From the NCBI GenBank assembly GCA_963727485.1, contig CAVSGM010000011.1:800001-864000 (forward strand): a stretch of 64,000 bases of DNA, written 5' to 3'. Positions within the stretch are counted from its first letter, which is position 1, and each line of letters begins with the position of its first letter. Below are positions 33,129 to 43,667 of this stretch, piece by piece. Source of the DNA: an uncultured delta proteobacterium (GTDB lineage: Bacteria > Myxococcota > Myxococcia > SLRQ01). Position numbers and translations under genes: made by a program. The notes under the pieces are model-generated. The model was not told the DNA's origin and did no database searches. It worked only from the letters and a program-made list of their open reading frames with translations.

Positions 33129-33764
33129 TCAGCGCTTGCGCGCCAGGGTCATCCCGTCGCGGACGCTGAGCATCACCTGCTCCACCCGGTCGTCGGCCTG
33201 CACCTTGTCGTTGAAGGCGCGGATGGCCCGGGTGGTCTCGGCGTCGTCGTCGCCGACCACCCGCCCGCTCCACAGGACGTTGTCGGCGACCAGGAGCCCG
33301 CCTTGCCGGAGCAGGGGCACCACCGCGTCGAAGTAGTCGGGGTAGTGCTCCTTGTCCGCGTCGACGAAGGCGAGGTCGAAGGGCCCCTCGAGGGTCTTCA
33401 GGGTGTCCAGGGCCGGCCCCAGGCGGATCTCGATCTTCTCCCCGTAGCCGCTCTCGTCGAAGTAGCGCCGGGCGATCTGCGCCACCTCGGCGTCGACGTC
33501 GCAGGTGACGAGGCGCCCGTCGCCCGGGAGCGCGCTGCCCATCATCAGGGCGCTGTAGCCGGTGAACATCCCGATCTCGAGGATGCGCCTCGCCCCGGTG
33601 AGCTGGACCAGGAGCTTGAGGAAGGTGCCCTCCACCGGGCCCACCTGCATCCCCGGGGCGCTGGTCTTCGCCCGGGTCTCCTCCCGGAGGCGGACGAAGA
33701 GGTCCCCCACGGGGGTGGTGTGGTCGGCGGCGTAGGCTTCGATCGCGTCGTCGAGGATGGCCAT
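33129..33764 (-). CDS. Class I SAM-dependent O-methyltransferase (caffeoyl-CoA OMT/TrmR-like)
   Basis: LEIGMFTGYSAL, FVDADK, ADNVLWSG, RDG. Confidence 0.9.
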   Translation of the reverse strand: MAILDDAIEAYAADHTTPVGDLFVRLREETRAKTSAPGMQVGPVEGTFLKLLVQLTGARRILEIGMFTGYSALMMGSALPGDGRLVTCDVDAEVAQIARRYFDESGYGEKIEIRLGPALDTLKTLEGPFDLAFVDADKEHYPDYFDAVVPLLRQGGLLVADNVLWSGRVVGDDDAETTRAIRAFNDKVQADDRVEQVMLSVRDGMTLARKR

Positions 33765-33811
33765 GGACGAACCGTTAGCCCAGGGGCGACGCCGGGGCCA
33801 GCCCCACCGCC

Positions 33812-34387
33812 TCAGTGGATCCGCGGGCCCCAGGGGAGGGCGGCGACGACCTCGGCCTCCCGGGCGGTGAGCGCCTGGGCCCGGGCCGCGAGGGTGGCGG
33901 GGTCCACCAGGGAGCGGGCGAGGGCGACGAAGATGTCCCGGTGCCGGTGCTCGGCGGTGGCCAGCCCGGCGTAGAAGTCGGCGAGCCCCGGGTCGCGTGG
34001 GCGCAGGGCGTCGGCGAGGAGGTCCAGGCGCTCGGCGCTCCGGGCCTCGATGAGCCCGCTGACCAGCAGGAGGTCGAGCTGCCGGTCCGGCTCTCCCCGG
34101 CGCACCTCGGCGCGCAAGGCTTGCGCGTACGGGTCGCCGGCATCGCGGGTGGCCTGGCCCCCGGCCCGGCGGAGGCGCCGCCCGACCTCGACGAGGTGGC
34201 TGGTCTCCTCGTGGGCGAGGCGCGAGAGGTGGAGGACCAGGTCCTCCCGGTCGGGGTAGGCGCGGACCAGGGCCAGGGCGGTGGTCGCCGCCTTGCGCTC
34301 GCAGTGGAGGTGGTCGGCGAGGAGGGCCGGGAGGTCGGCGAGGGCGGCCCCGGTCCAGGCCGGATCGGTGGGGGTGAGGGGGTACAC
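33812..34387 (-). CDS. miaE: tRNA-(ms2io6A)-hydroxylase MiaE family (di-iron)
   Basis: DHLHCERKAA, LAHEE..H, LIEARSAER, EHRH; start may be 34387 or 34426. Confidence 0.88.
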   Translation of the reverse strand: MYPLTPTDPAWTGAALADLPALLADHLHCERKAATTALALVRAYPDREDLVLHLSRLAHEETSHLVEVGRRLRRAGGQATRDAGDPYAQALRAEVRRGEPDRQLDLLLVSGLIEARSAERLDLLADALRPRDPGLADFYAGLATAEHRHRDIFVALARSLVDPATLAARAQALTAREAEVVAALPWGPRIH

Positions 34388-34523
34388 GGCGCCGGCGAGC
34401 CTACGGCAGCCGTGGACCCGTGTCATCCCGGGTCAGGGGCGCCGGGACGCCACGTTGACGCCCCTCCGGGAGTGTTCCTAAACTGGCGGAACATCAGCCG
34501 ATGGTTTGGGGGGGCACCCAGCA

Positions 34524-35783
34524 GTGGCGCAAAGTGACAGCATCCCGGGACTGGGCCGGCAATCCGATCCTCTGAGGCTCGCGCCCATCGATCCGTCCCG
34601 GCTCACCCTCACCCCCGAGGAGGGCTTCCTGCTCTCTCGCGCCCAGTCCTGCGCCAGCGTCGGCGAGCTCCTCGCGGCCTCCGGCCTCCCCGAGGCCAAG
34701 GCCATCCCCCTGGTCCGGGCCCTCAAGGACAAGGGCGTGCTCCTGACCAACGGCGCGGCCGGGGCTCCCCGGTCCGCCGACGTGGCCGGGGCGCAGGCGG
34801 CCTCCAAGAGCCGCTATGCCGGCTTCATCTTCAACCCCGCGGATCTCTCCGAGGACGTGGAGCTCCCCCTCGACCTGAAGAAGGAGCTGCTCTTCCTCCA
34901 CGCGCACATCGGGGACTGGACCCACTACGACTTCCTCGCGGTCCGGCCCAAGACCCCGGTGGACGCGATCCGCAAGGCCTACTTCGACCTCTCCCGGCGC
35001 TTCCACCCGGACCGCTACTACGGCAAGCGCCTCGGCAGCTACAAGGCCCGCCTCTCCCAGGTCTTCCAGCGCCTCCACGACGCCTACGACGTGCTCTCCA
35101 ACCCCGAGCGCAAGCGCGCCTACGACGCCGAGACCGACATCCCCCTCACCGCCGAGGAGCTCCAGGAGCTCGAGGCGGCCCAGTCCCGGCGCCTCGACGA
35201 GGCGCGGCGGGCCGAGGAGCGCCGGGCGCGTCTCAAGCGCCACTCGCCCCTCGGCCGCAACAAGGGCAAGGCCCGGCAGCTCCGGGAGGAGGCGGCGAAG
35301 GCCGAGGCGGCCGGCGACCTCAAGCACGCCGCCAGCCTCCTCCAGCTCGCCGCCACCTTCAATCCCCTGAACGCCGAGCTCGCCCGCCAGCGGGACGCCG
35401 CCTCCGAGGTGGCCAAGGAGACCCAGCTCGAGGAGCTGATGGTCAAGGTCAACGCCGCCGACGTCATGGGCAACACCGATCTCGCCGAGGCCCACCTCCG
35501 CGCCGCGGTGGCCCTCGACGCCTCCGACCCCCGGGCCCACGTGGCCCTGGCCCGCGCCCTCCTGAAGCGGGGCCGGAACGCCGACGAGGTGGTGGCCCTG
35601 GCCCTCGCCGCCACCGAGCGTGGCCGCCGCAACCCCGAGGCGTTCACGGTGCTGGGGCAGGCCCACCTCGCCGCCGGGGACAAGAAGGCCGCCCGCACCG
35701 CCTTCCAGCGCGCCGTGGACCTCGATCCCACCGCCGACGAAGCCAAGGAGGGGCTCAAGACCCTCCGGTGGAGCCTCTTCTAG
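34524..35783 (+). CDS. J-domain (DnaJ-like) protein with N-terminal wHTH-like domain and C-terminal TPRs
   Basis: IRKAYFDLSRRFHPDRY (HPD), AYDVLSNPERKRAYD; TPR repeats. Confidence 0.88.
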   Translation: MAQSDSIPGLGRQSDPLRLAPIDPSRLTLTPEEGFLLSRAQSCASVGELLAASGLPEAKAIPLVRALKDKGVLLTNGAAGAPRSADVAGAQAASKSRYAGFIFNPADLSEDVELPLDLKKELLFLHAHIGDWTHYDFLAVRPKTPVDAIRKAYFDLSRRFHPDRYYGKRLGSYKARLSQVFQRLHDAYDVLSNPERKRAYDAETDIPLTAEELQELEAAQSRRLDEARRAEERRARLKRHSPLGRNKGKARQLREEAAKAEAAGDLKHAASLLQLAATFNPLNAELARQRDAASEVAKETQLEELMVKVNAADVMGNTDLAEAHLRAAVALDASDPRAHVALARALLKRGRNADEVVALALAATERGRRNPEAFTVLGQAHLAAGDKKAARTAFQRAVDLDPTADEAKEGLKTLRWSLF

Positions 35784-35791
35784 GAGCATCA

Positions 35792-37633
35792 ATGGAACCG
35801 GTCATCGGCATCGATCTGGGCACCACCAACAGCTGCGTCGCGTCGGTCGTCGACGGGGTGCCCACGGTGTTCGCCAACAAGGGCGGGTACAAGACCACGC
35901 CCTCGGTCTTCGCGGTCGCGGGCAACGGGCGGCGCCTGGTGGGGCACATCGCCAAGCGCCAGGCGGTCACCAACCCCGAGAACACGGTCGCCGGGGTCAA
36001 GCGCCTCATCGGACGGCCCTGGGAGAGCCAGGAGCGCCAGCGCGCCGAGGAGACCGTGCCCTACGGCCTCGTCGAGGGCCCCAATGGTGACATCCGGATC
36101 TCCATCAGCGGCCAGACCTACGCGGTGCCCGAGATCTCCGCCCAGGTGCTCATCGAGATGAAGCAGGTGGCCGAGGCGGCGCTCCAGCAGTCGGTCCGTC
36201 AGGCGGTGATCACCGTCCCCGCCTACTTCAACGACGGGCAGCGTCAAGCCACCAAGGACGCCGGGCGCATCGCCGGCCTCGATGTCATCCGCATCGTCAA
36301 CGAGCCCACCGCGGCGGCCCTGGCCTACGGCTTCGGCAAGCACCTCGAGCGCAAGGTGGCCGTCTACGATCTCGGCGGGGGCACCTTCGACGTCTCCATC
36401 CTCCACATCGCCGACGGCATCTTCGACGTCATCGCCACCTCCGGGGACACCTACCTCGGCGGCGAGGACTTCGACGAGCGGATCATCGAGTGGCTGGTGT
36501 TCAACTTCGCCAAGGAGCACCGGGTCGACCTTCGCCGCGACCGCATGGCCCTCCAGCGTCTCAAGGACGCCGCCGAGAAGGCCAAGATCGAGCTCTCCGG
36601 CACCTCCAACGCGGACATCAACCTGCCGTTCATCTTCTCCACCGGGAAGAACGACGCCCTCCACCTCCAGCGGGCGCTCACCCGGGACAAGCTCGAGGAC
36701 CTGGTCGACGACCTGGTGGAGCGGACCCTGGTGATCTGCGAGCGCACCCTCCAGGAGGCGGGGCTCGGCAAGGACGACATCGACGAGGTGATCCTCGTCG
36801 GCGGCCAGACGCGGATGCCCCGGATCCAGGCCAAGGTCGGCCAGATGTTCAACCGGGAGCCGTGCAAGGGCGTGCACCCCGACGAGGTGGTCGCCCTCGG
36901 CGCCGCCATCCAGGGCAGCGTGCTCACCCAGGGCGACACCGACATGCTCCTCCTCGACGTGACCCCCATGAGCCTGGGGATCATGATCGTCGGCGGCTAC
37001 TTCCAGGTGCTCATCGACAAGAACACCACCGTCCCCACCAGCGCCACCCACACCTTCACCACGGTCAAGGACAACCAGACCCTGGTGAAGATCATGGTCT
37101 TCCAGGGCGAGAGCGAGGTGGCCAGCGAGAACGAGCTCCTCGGGGAGTTCATCCTCACCGGCCTGCGCGAGGCGCCCCGGGGCGAGGTGGAGATCGAGGT
37201 CACCTTCGAGATCAGCGCCGACGGCATCGTCGGGGTCCGGGCCAAGGACACCGAGACCGGACAGCAGCAGGCGATCACCGTCACCGCCACCCACGGGCTC
37301 TCGGAGTCCGAGATCGCCGAGATCGTCGACCAGAACGCCGACTACCTCCTCGAGGCCAAGGAGGACCAGCGCTTCGACTCGATCCGCACCGACGCCGAGC
37401 GGCTGCTGCGGGACATCGACAAGCTCTTCCCCAAGGTCCGGGAGGTGGTCTCCGGCTCCGACTTCGGGGCCGACGCCCTGAAGAAGGCCGAGACCACCAT
37501 CTCCCGCGCCCGGGTCGCCATCGAGGCCCGGGACCTCGAGGCGCTGGAGAGCGCCTGCGAGGCCCTGGAGCGCACGCTCAACATGTTCAAGGGCGTCGTG
37601 GAGCGGATCGGCGGCGCCCAGACCGGGTCCTAG
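35792..37633 (+). CDS. dnaK: Hsp70/DnaK paralogue
   Basis: [44 protein letters not shown]; lacks the canonical disordered tail. Confidence 0.93.
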   Translation: MEPVIGIDLGTTNSCVASVVDGVPTVFANKGGYKTTPSVFAVAGNGRRLVGHIAKRQAVTNPENTVAGVKRLIGRPWESQERQRAEETVPYGLVEGPNGDIRISISGQTYAVPEISAQVLIEMKQVAEAALQQSVRQAVITVPAYFNDGQRQATKDAGRIAGLDVIRIVNEPTAAALAYGFGKHLERKVAVYDLGGGTFDVSILHIADGIFDVIATSGDTYLGGEDFDERIIEWLVFNFAKEHRVDLRRDRMALQRLKDAAEKAKIELSGTSNADINLPFIFSTGKNDALHLQRALTRDKLEDLVDDLVERTLVICERTLQEAGLGKDDIDEVILVGGQTRMPRIQAKVGQMFNREPCKGVHPDEVVALGAAIQGSVLTQGDTDMLLLDVTPMSLGIMIVGGYFQVLIDKNTTVPTSATHTFTTVKDNQTLVKIMVFQGESEVASENELLGEFILTGLREAPRGEVEIEVTFEISADGIVGVRAKDTETGQQQAITVTATHGLSESEIAEIVDQNADYLLEAKEDQRFDSIRTDAERLLRDIDKLFPKVREVVSGSDFGADALKKAETTISRARVAIEARDLEALESACEALERTLNMFKGVVERIGGAQTGS

Positions 37634-37640
37634 GAACCGC

Positions 37641-38654
37641 ATGTCCACGACGGCACGGGTGCGCAGCCTCCTCGAGGCGGGGATGAAGGCCTACGCGGGT
37701 GGGCGGACCGAGGACGCCCGGGCGGCCTTCGAGGAGGCTCTGCGTCTCGACCCCGAGAGCCCCCAGGCGAAGAACCTGGTGCGGCGGCTCTTCCCCGGCG
37801 GCGTGCAGGCGCCGGCGGCCCCGGCTTCGGCCCCGGCCCCGGCCCCGGCCCCGGCCCCGGCCGCACCGGCCGCACCGGCCGCATTGGCCCCGGCCGCACC
37901 GGCCGCCGCGCCCTCACCCTGGGTCGAGGACGGGCCGCATCCGGACGACCCGGCCCAGCCGCCCATCGAGGCGACCCAGCCCTGGGGCTTCGAGGGCGAC
38001 GAGGTCCCCCAGCTCGACTGGGGCGAGAGCCTCGAGGACGCCTGGGGGCCCGGCGACCCCGCCGGCCCGGGCGATGCCCCCGAGGCCAGCGTCGATCCCA
38101 GCGCCCTCGCCGACGGACCCGAGAGCCCCTGGGACGAGGGGGCGGTGCTCCAGTCCCCCCAGGCCCCGGGCCTCGACCTCCTCGTCGACGACGCCCCCGC
38201 AGCCCCGGCCGCCCCCGAGACCCCGGCCGCGCCGGCCGCCCTGGCACCGGCCCCGGCCCCCTCCGCCGACGCCGACGAGGTCGCCCAGCTCATGGACGGG
38301 GCCCGGGAGCTCTTCGAGCTCGCCGACTTCACCGGCTCCCTGGAGCTGGTGGAGAAGGCCCTCGAGCTCGACCCGGAGAACGCCGAGGCCCAGGACTACC
38401 TGAACCGGAACGAGGGCACCCTCATCCAGATGTACGAGTCCAAGATCGGGCCCCTCGATGCCCACCCCCAGGTCGCCATCAACCCCGACGAGGTGGTGTG
38501 GCTCAACCTCGACCACCGGGCGGGGTTCGTCCTGGCCCAGATCGACGGCTCGGTGACCTACGAGGACGTCTTCGCCCTGTCGGGGATGAGCCGGCTGGAC
38601 ACCTGCCGGATCCTGGCCCAGCTCATCGACGAGAAGGTCATCGTCGCCGAGTGA
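37641..38654 (+). CDS. TPR protein with Pro/Ala/acidic linker and C-terminal wHTH-like domain
   Basis: Two TPR-like units (ALRLDPE, ALELDPE); APAPAP repeats. Confidence 0.8.
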   Translation: MSTTARVRSLLEAGMKAYAGGRTEDARAAFEEALRLDPESPQAKNLVRRLFPGGVQAPAAPASAPAPAPAPAPAAPAAPAALAPAAPAAAPSPWVEDGPHPDDPAQPPIEATQPWGFEGDEVPQLDWGESLEDAWGPGDPAGPGDAPEASVDPSALADGPESPWDEGAVLQSPQAPGLDLLVDDAPAAPAAPETPAAPAALAPAPAPSADADEVAQLMDGARELFELADFTGSLELVEKALELDPENAEAQDYLNRNEGTLIQMYESKIGPLDAHPQVAINPDEVVWLNLDHRAGFVLAQIDGSVTYEDVFALSGMSRLDTCRILAQLIDEKVIVAE

Positions 38655-38711
38655 GGCGGCGCCCGGGGCGGGGGCGCCGGCCAGGGCCAGGGGGCAGGGG
38701 GCTTCCCGCGG

Positions 38712-38740
38712 TTGACGCGCGGGCCCCGGCTGCGCAGGAT
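38712..38740 (+). promoter_or_regulatory. Putative sigma70 promoter, leaderless argG
   Basis: TTGACG-17nt-CAGGAT, 7 nt before ATG, no SD. Confidence 0.55.
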
Positions 38741-38747
38741 GCGCGCC

Positions 38748-39977
<1,230 letters not shown>

Positions 39978-40121
39978 GGATCCCGGGGCGATGTGGCGGG
40001 TGTCGCCCGGGGAGCTCCTGGGCCTGACATCCGGGGCACCCGGGTTGCGGACCGGTGACGAAAGGGGGTAGACCATCCCCCTCGCCGCACCGCGTCACGC
40101 CGTCACCCGGGGGGATCGCCC

Positions 40122-40784
40122 ATGTCCGCGCCCACACTCCTGCTTCGAGTCCGCGAGCCCGCAGAGCTCCTCTGCCTGCGCCTGGCCGACCTGCCCTTCG
40201 GCGGGCTCTTCGTCCCCGGCGCCGCCGCCGCCGAGACCGAGGCCGGGGACCCGGTGGTCATCCGGGTCGAGGTCCCGGGTCACGAGGCGGTGAGCCTCCC
40301 CGGCGCGGTGGTCTTCCACCGGGCGGCCGGCGGCGACCGCCCCGACGGCGTGGGCGTGGGCCTCTTCTCCCACGCGGGCCACCGCCTCGAGGCCCTCGTC
40401 GAGGCCCTCGAGGGCTCGGTGACCGAGCTCGCCGCCCGCCGGGCCCACCGCCACCCCACGGTGCTCCCGGTGACCCTCACCGGCGCCGGGGACCGGGCCC
40501 TGAACCTCTCGCTCGGGGGCATGTTCGTCGCCACCGCAAGCGAGGTCGCCGTGGGCGCCGAGGTGCCCTTCGAGCTCCACCTCCCCGGCGAGGCGGCCCT
40601 CCCGCTCCACGGTGAGGTCACCTGGAAGGGCCACTGGGCCGGGCACCGGGGCGTGGGCGTGCGCTTCCTCTGGCGCGAGCCCGCGGCCCGCAGCCGCCTG
40701 GCCGCCTACCTCGACGCGGTGGCGCCCGAGGCGGTGTCCAGCGGATCGTCCTCGGTCTCGTCGGTCTCGCGCCGGGCCTTGTAG
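40122..40784 (+). CDS. Tandem PilZ-like domain protein
   Basis: GGLFVP..GVGVG and RRAHR..NLSLGGMF..GVGVRF. Confidence 0.75.
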   Translation: MSAPTLLLRVREPAELLCLRLADLPFGGLFVPGAAAAETEAGDPVVIRVEVPGHEAVSLPGAVVFHRAAGGDRPDGVGVGLFSHAGHRLEALVEALEGSVTELAARRAHRHPTVLPVTLTGAGDRALNLSLGGMFVATASEVAVGAEVPFELHLPGEAALPLHGEVTWKGHWAGHRGVGVRFLWREPAARSRLAAYLDAVAPEAVSSGSSSVSSVSRRAL

Positions 40785-41983
40785 TAGGCCCGCACGTAGT
40801 CGGTGAGCCGGTCGAGGTAGCGCTCCAGCGGCGGGCACTGCACCCCGGTTCCGTCGAGGCGCTCCAGGGTGTTGTGGCTGTTGAAGATGACCAGCTGGTT
40901 CACGTAGGCCACCGCCTGGCGCTGCTGGCGGATGAGCCGCTCGATGCCCGGCAGCCGCATCAGCGCGTCGGTGAGCTTGTACGACAGCGTCACCCGGGGC
41001 AGGCGCTTGCCCGCGCGCTCGGCGATGAGCTCGTAGACCCGCCGGCTGCTCATGGGGTTGGGGTCGACGAGGTGGAAGGTACGCCCCTCGGCCTTCGGGT
41101 CGTCGCCGAGGGTGAGGATGGCGTCGACCACGAAGTCCACGGGCACCGCGTTGAGCGGCGCCGACCCGTCGCCGGGCAGCGGTAGGGGCACCGCGAGCGG
41201 CGAGGTGACCAGGAGGATGCCGAGGTAGTAGGGCCCCTCGAAGCGGTCGATCTCGCCGGTGCGCGAGTCGCCGACGACGATGCTCGGCCGGTAGACGCTG
41301 ATGGGCAGGCCGGCCATGGCGTCGCGGACCATCACCTCCGCCTCGTACTTCGTCTCCTCGTAGGCGTTTCTGAAGTGCTGGCCCATCTCCAGCTCGTCCT
41401 CGGCGATGACCCCGGTGCGGTCGCCGCAGACGTAGGCGCTCGACATGTAGTTGAGGCGCCGCAGCTTCTTCATCTCCCGGCACATCTCCAGGACCCGCCG
41501 GGTGCCGTCGACGTTCACCCGCCGGGCGTGCTCCTTGCGGACCCCGAGGTAGTAGATGGCCGCGAGGTGGAAGACGTCGGTGACCTCCTCGATGAGCCGG
41601 CCCCACTCCTCGCCGGAGAGGCCCAGGTCCATGTCGACGATGTCGCCGACCAGGACCTCGATGGGGGCCCGGCGCCCACGCCTCGCGATGGCGGCGACGT
41701 AGCCCTCGGCGTCCTTGGCGAACTTCTCCTGGACCAGGACGTAGATCTTCGCGTCGGGCTGCCGCTCGGCCAGCGCCTCGACCAGGCGCTTGCCGATGAA
41801 GCCCGGGTACCCGGTGACGAAGTGGACCCGGCCGGCGCCGGTGCCCTTGCCGCCCTTGGTGCGCGCCGGGGTGCGGCGGGTCGTCTGCTTGCGCGTGGCC
41901 TTCTTGGTCGCCTTGCCGGCCGACGCCCGCTTCGAGGTGCCGCCGGTCTTCCGCCGGGGCGTCTTCTTGCTAGTCGTCGGCAT
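40706..41983 (-). CDS. Extended SDR oxidoreductase (male-sterility/thioester-reductase-like) with basic N-terminal tail
   Basis: VTGYPGFIG, HLAAIY, VNVDGT, YEETK, RPSIVVGDS. Confidence 0.88.
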   Translation of the reverse strand: MPTTSKKTPRRKTGGTSKRASAGKATKKATRKQTTRRTPARTKGGKGTGAGRVHFVTGYPGFIGKRLVEALAERQPDAKIYVLVQEKFAKDAEGYVAAIARRGRRAPIEVLVGDIVDMDLGLSGEEWGRLIEEVTDVFHLAAIYYLGVRKEHARRVNVDGTRRVLEMCREMKKLRRLNYMSSAYVCGDRTGVIAEDELEMGQHFRNAYEETKYEAEVMVRDAMAGLPISVYRPSIVVGDSRTGEIDRFEGPYYLGILLVTSPLAVPLPLPGDGSAPLNAVPVDFVVDAILTLGDDPKAEGRTFHLVDPNPMSSRRVYELIAERAGKRLPRVTLSYKLTDALMRLPGIERLIRQQRQAVAYVNQLVIFNSHNTLERLDGTGVQCPPLERYLDRLTDYVRAYYKARRETDETEDDPLDTASGATASR

Positions 41984-42593
41984 CGGAGGTGAGCTCGCGC
42001 CAGATCGCGTCGACCTGCGATCGAGTCTCTTCCAGGGTCCCGTCGTTGTCCACCACGTAGTCGGCGACCTTCACCTTCTCCGCGAGCGGGAGCTGGGCGG
42101 CGAGGCGCCTGTGGGCCTCGTCCTCGGAGAGACCGTCGCGCTCGACCACCCGCTCGACCTGCGTCTTGGGGGCGCTGGCGACCACGATGAGGGCGTCGAG
42201 GCCCTCGTAGAGGCGGTTCTCCACGATGAGCGCCGCCTCGTAGACGACCACCGGCACCCCGGCCGCCCGGGCGGCCTCGGTCTCCCGAGCGGCGACGGCG
42301 CCGATGCGCGGGTGGGTGATGGCCTCGAGGTCCCGGCGGGCGGCGGGGTCGGCGAAGACCAGGGCGCCGAGGGCGGGGCGATCGAGGTTCCCGTCGAGGT
42401 CGAAGACCCCCTGGCCGAAGCGGGCGCGGATCGCCTCGAGGGCCTCGCTCCCCGGGGCCACCACCTCCCGGGCGATGCGGTCGGCGTCGACGATGCGGGC
42501 GCCGTGGGCCTCGAGCATCCGCGCCACGGTGCTCTTCCCGGAGCCGATGCCGCCCGTGAGGCCGACGACGAGGGTGCGCGCCACGCCGGTCAC
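41970..42593 (-). CDS. coaE: Dephospho-CoA kinase
   Basis: GLTGGIGSGKSTV, DADRIAR, LEAITHPRI. Confidence 0.95.
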   Translation of the reverse strand: MTGVARTLVVGLTGGIGSGKSTVARMLEAHGARIVDADRIAREVVAPGSEALEAIRARFGQGVFDLDGNLDRPALGALVFADPAARRDLEAITHPRIGAVAARETEAARAAGVPVVVYEAALIVENRLYEGLDALIVVASAPKTQVERVVERDGLSEDEAHRRLAAQLPLAEKVKVADYVVDNDGTLEETRSQVDAIWRELTSDADD

Positions 42594-43051
42594 CCGCGGC
42601 TGGCGCCGGGCACCGTGTAGATGAACGAGTAGACGGTCTTGGCGTCGCCGTTGAGGAAGACCACCAGCCCGCGCTTCCCGTACCAGTAGTAGGTGTGGAA
42701 GTCGTCGGTGAGGCGCTTGACGTAGTCCTTGCCGAAGGTGCTCTGGACCACGTCGACCGGGACCACGTTCTTGGGAAAGACGTGGATCTCCTGCACCACG
42801 CCCTTGTCGTTGAAGTAGAAGTTCGCCTGCTTGGTGCCCTTGATCGCCTGGGCGCCCTGGTAGGAGAACACCGCCCGGCCCTTGTCCTTGAGGCGCTTGG
42901 ACGGCGGCCCGAAGCGCTTGAGCACGGCCTTCTCGGTGGAGGTGCCCGGGGCGATGCCGTTCCAGGTCTCGGCGTGGGCCGCGGAGATCGGGACGGCCAG
43001 GACGAGGGCGGCGAGGAGCACGCGGGAGGCCATCCGGCGGGGTGACGGCAT
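42590..43051 (-). CDS. Secreted hypothetical protein
   Basis: Signal peptide ..AAHA-ETWNG; host codon usage; GTGA overlap with coaE. Confidence 0.75.
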   Translation of the reverse strand: MPSPRRMASRVLLAALVLAVPISAAHAETWNGIAPGTSTEKAVLKRFGPPSKRLKDKGRAVFSYQGAQAIKGTKQANFYFNDKGVVQEIHVFPKNVVPVDVVQSTFGKDYVKRLTDDFHTYYWYGKRGLVVFLNGDAKTVYSFIYTVPGASRG

Positions 43052-43058
43052 GGCTCGG

Positions 43059-43087
43059 GAAATAGCAAGAACCCCTTGTGGTGTCAA
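43059..43087 (-). promoter_or_regulatory. Putative sigma70 promoter, leaderless, for the hyp-coaE-SDR operon
   Basis: TTGACA-17nt-TATTTC (TG extended), 7 nt before ATG 43051. Confidence 0.6.
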
Positions 43088-43148
43088 ACGGTTACCCCGA
43101 CTGCCGCTTGACCCGGGCCGGTCTTCGTGGGATAGCGCCGGGAGCGCC

Positions 43149-43667
43149 ATGACCCGGATTCGCCCCCCCGTCCTCCTCGCCGCCGCCGCCGTCCTCCTGG
43201 GGACCGGGATCGTCGGCGCCCACGCCTCCGCCGCGCCGCCAATCTCGGCGCCGCCGGTGGGGGCCGAGACCTGCGCCACCTGCCACCCCAAGGCCTACGC
43301 CACCTGGAAGCAGGGGCCCCACGCCCACGCGCTCTCGAGGCTCTCGGCCACCGAGCGCAAGGAGCGGCGCTGCCTCACCTGCCACGCCCCGGCCCAGGAC
43401 CAGGGCTTCGCCGGGGTGCAGTGCGAGGCCTGCCACGGCAACGGCCGGTACTACTTCCCCGACTACGTCATGCGAGATCCCCAGCTCCGCGGCCTGGTGG
43501 GCCTGAAGACCCCCGACGCCGCCACCTGCAAGCGCTGCCACGACGCCTCGTCCCCGAGCCTGGTGCCCTTCGACTACCAGCGCGACGTGGCGCGCATCCG
43601 CCACTGGGACGCCAAGGCCCCGGCCGCCGAAGACGCCGCGGCGAAGGCGGGCAGCGATGGCCACTAG
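43149..43667 (+). CDS. Periplasmic tetraheme cytochrome c (c554-like)
   Basis: Signal peptide; CATCH, CLTCH, CEACH, CKRCH; W..GPHAHA. Confidence 0.9.
   Translation: MTRIRPPVLLAAAAVLLGTGIVGAHASAAPPISAPPVGAETCATCHPKAYATWKQGPHAHALSRLSATERKERRCLTCHAPAQDQGFAGVQCEACHGNGRYYFPDYVMRDPQLRGLVGLKTPDAATCKRCHDASSPSLVPFDYQRDVARIRHWDAKAPAAEDAAAKAGSDGH

Noticed and set aside
37820..37910. Short tandem repeats (also 9680-9800 and 17915-18000) as a CRISPR array
   Set aside because: No unique spacers or cas genes; they encode low-complexity linkers in frame
39978..40121. Hairpin-rich intergenic region as a riboswitch
   Set aside because: No recognisable aptamer consensus; explained by an argG terminator plus a downstream promoter
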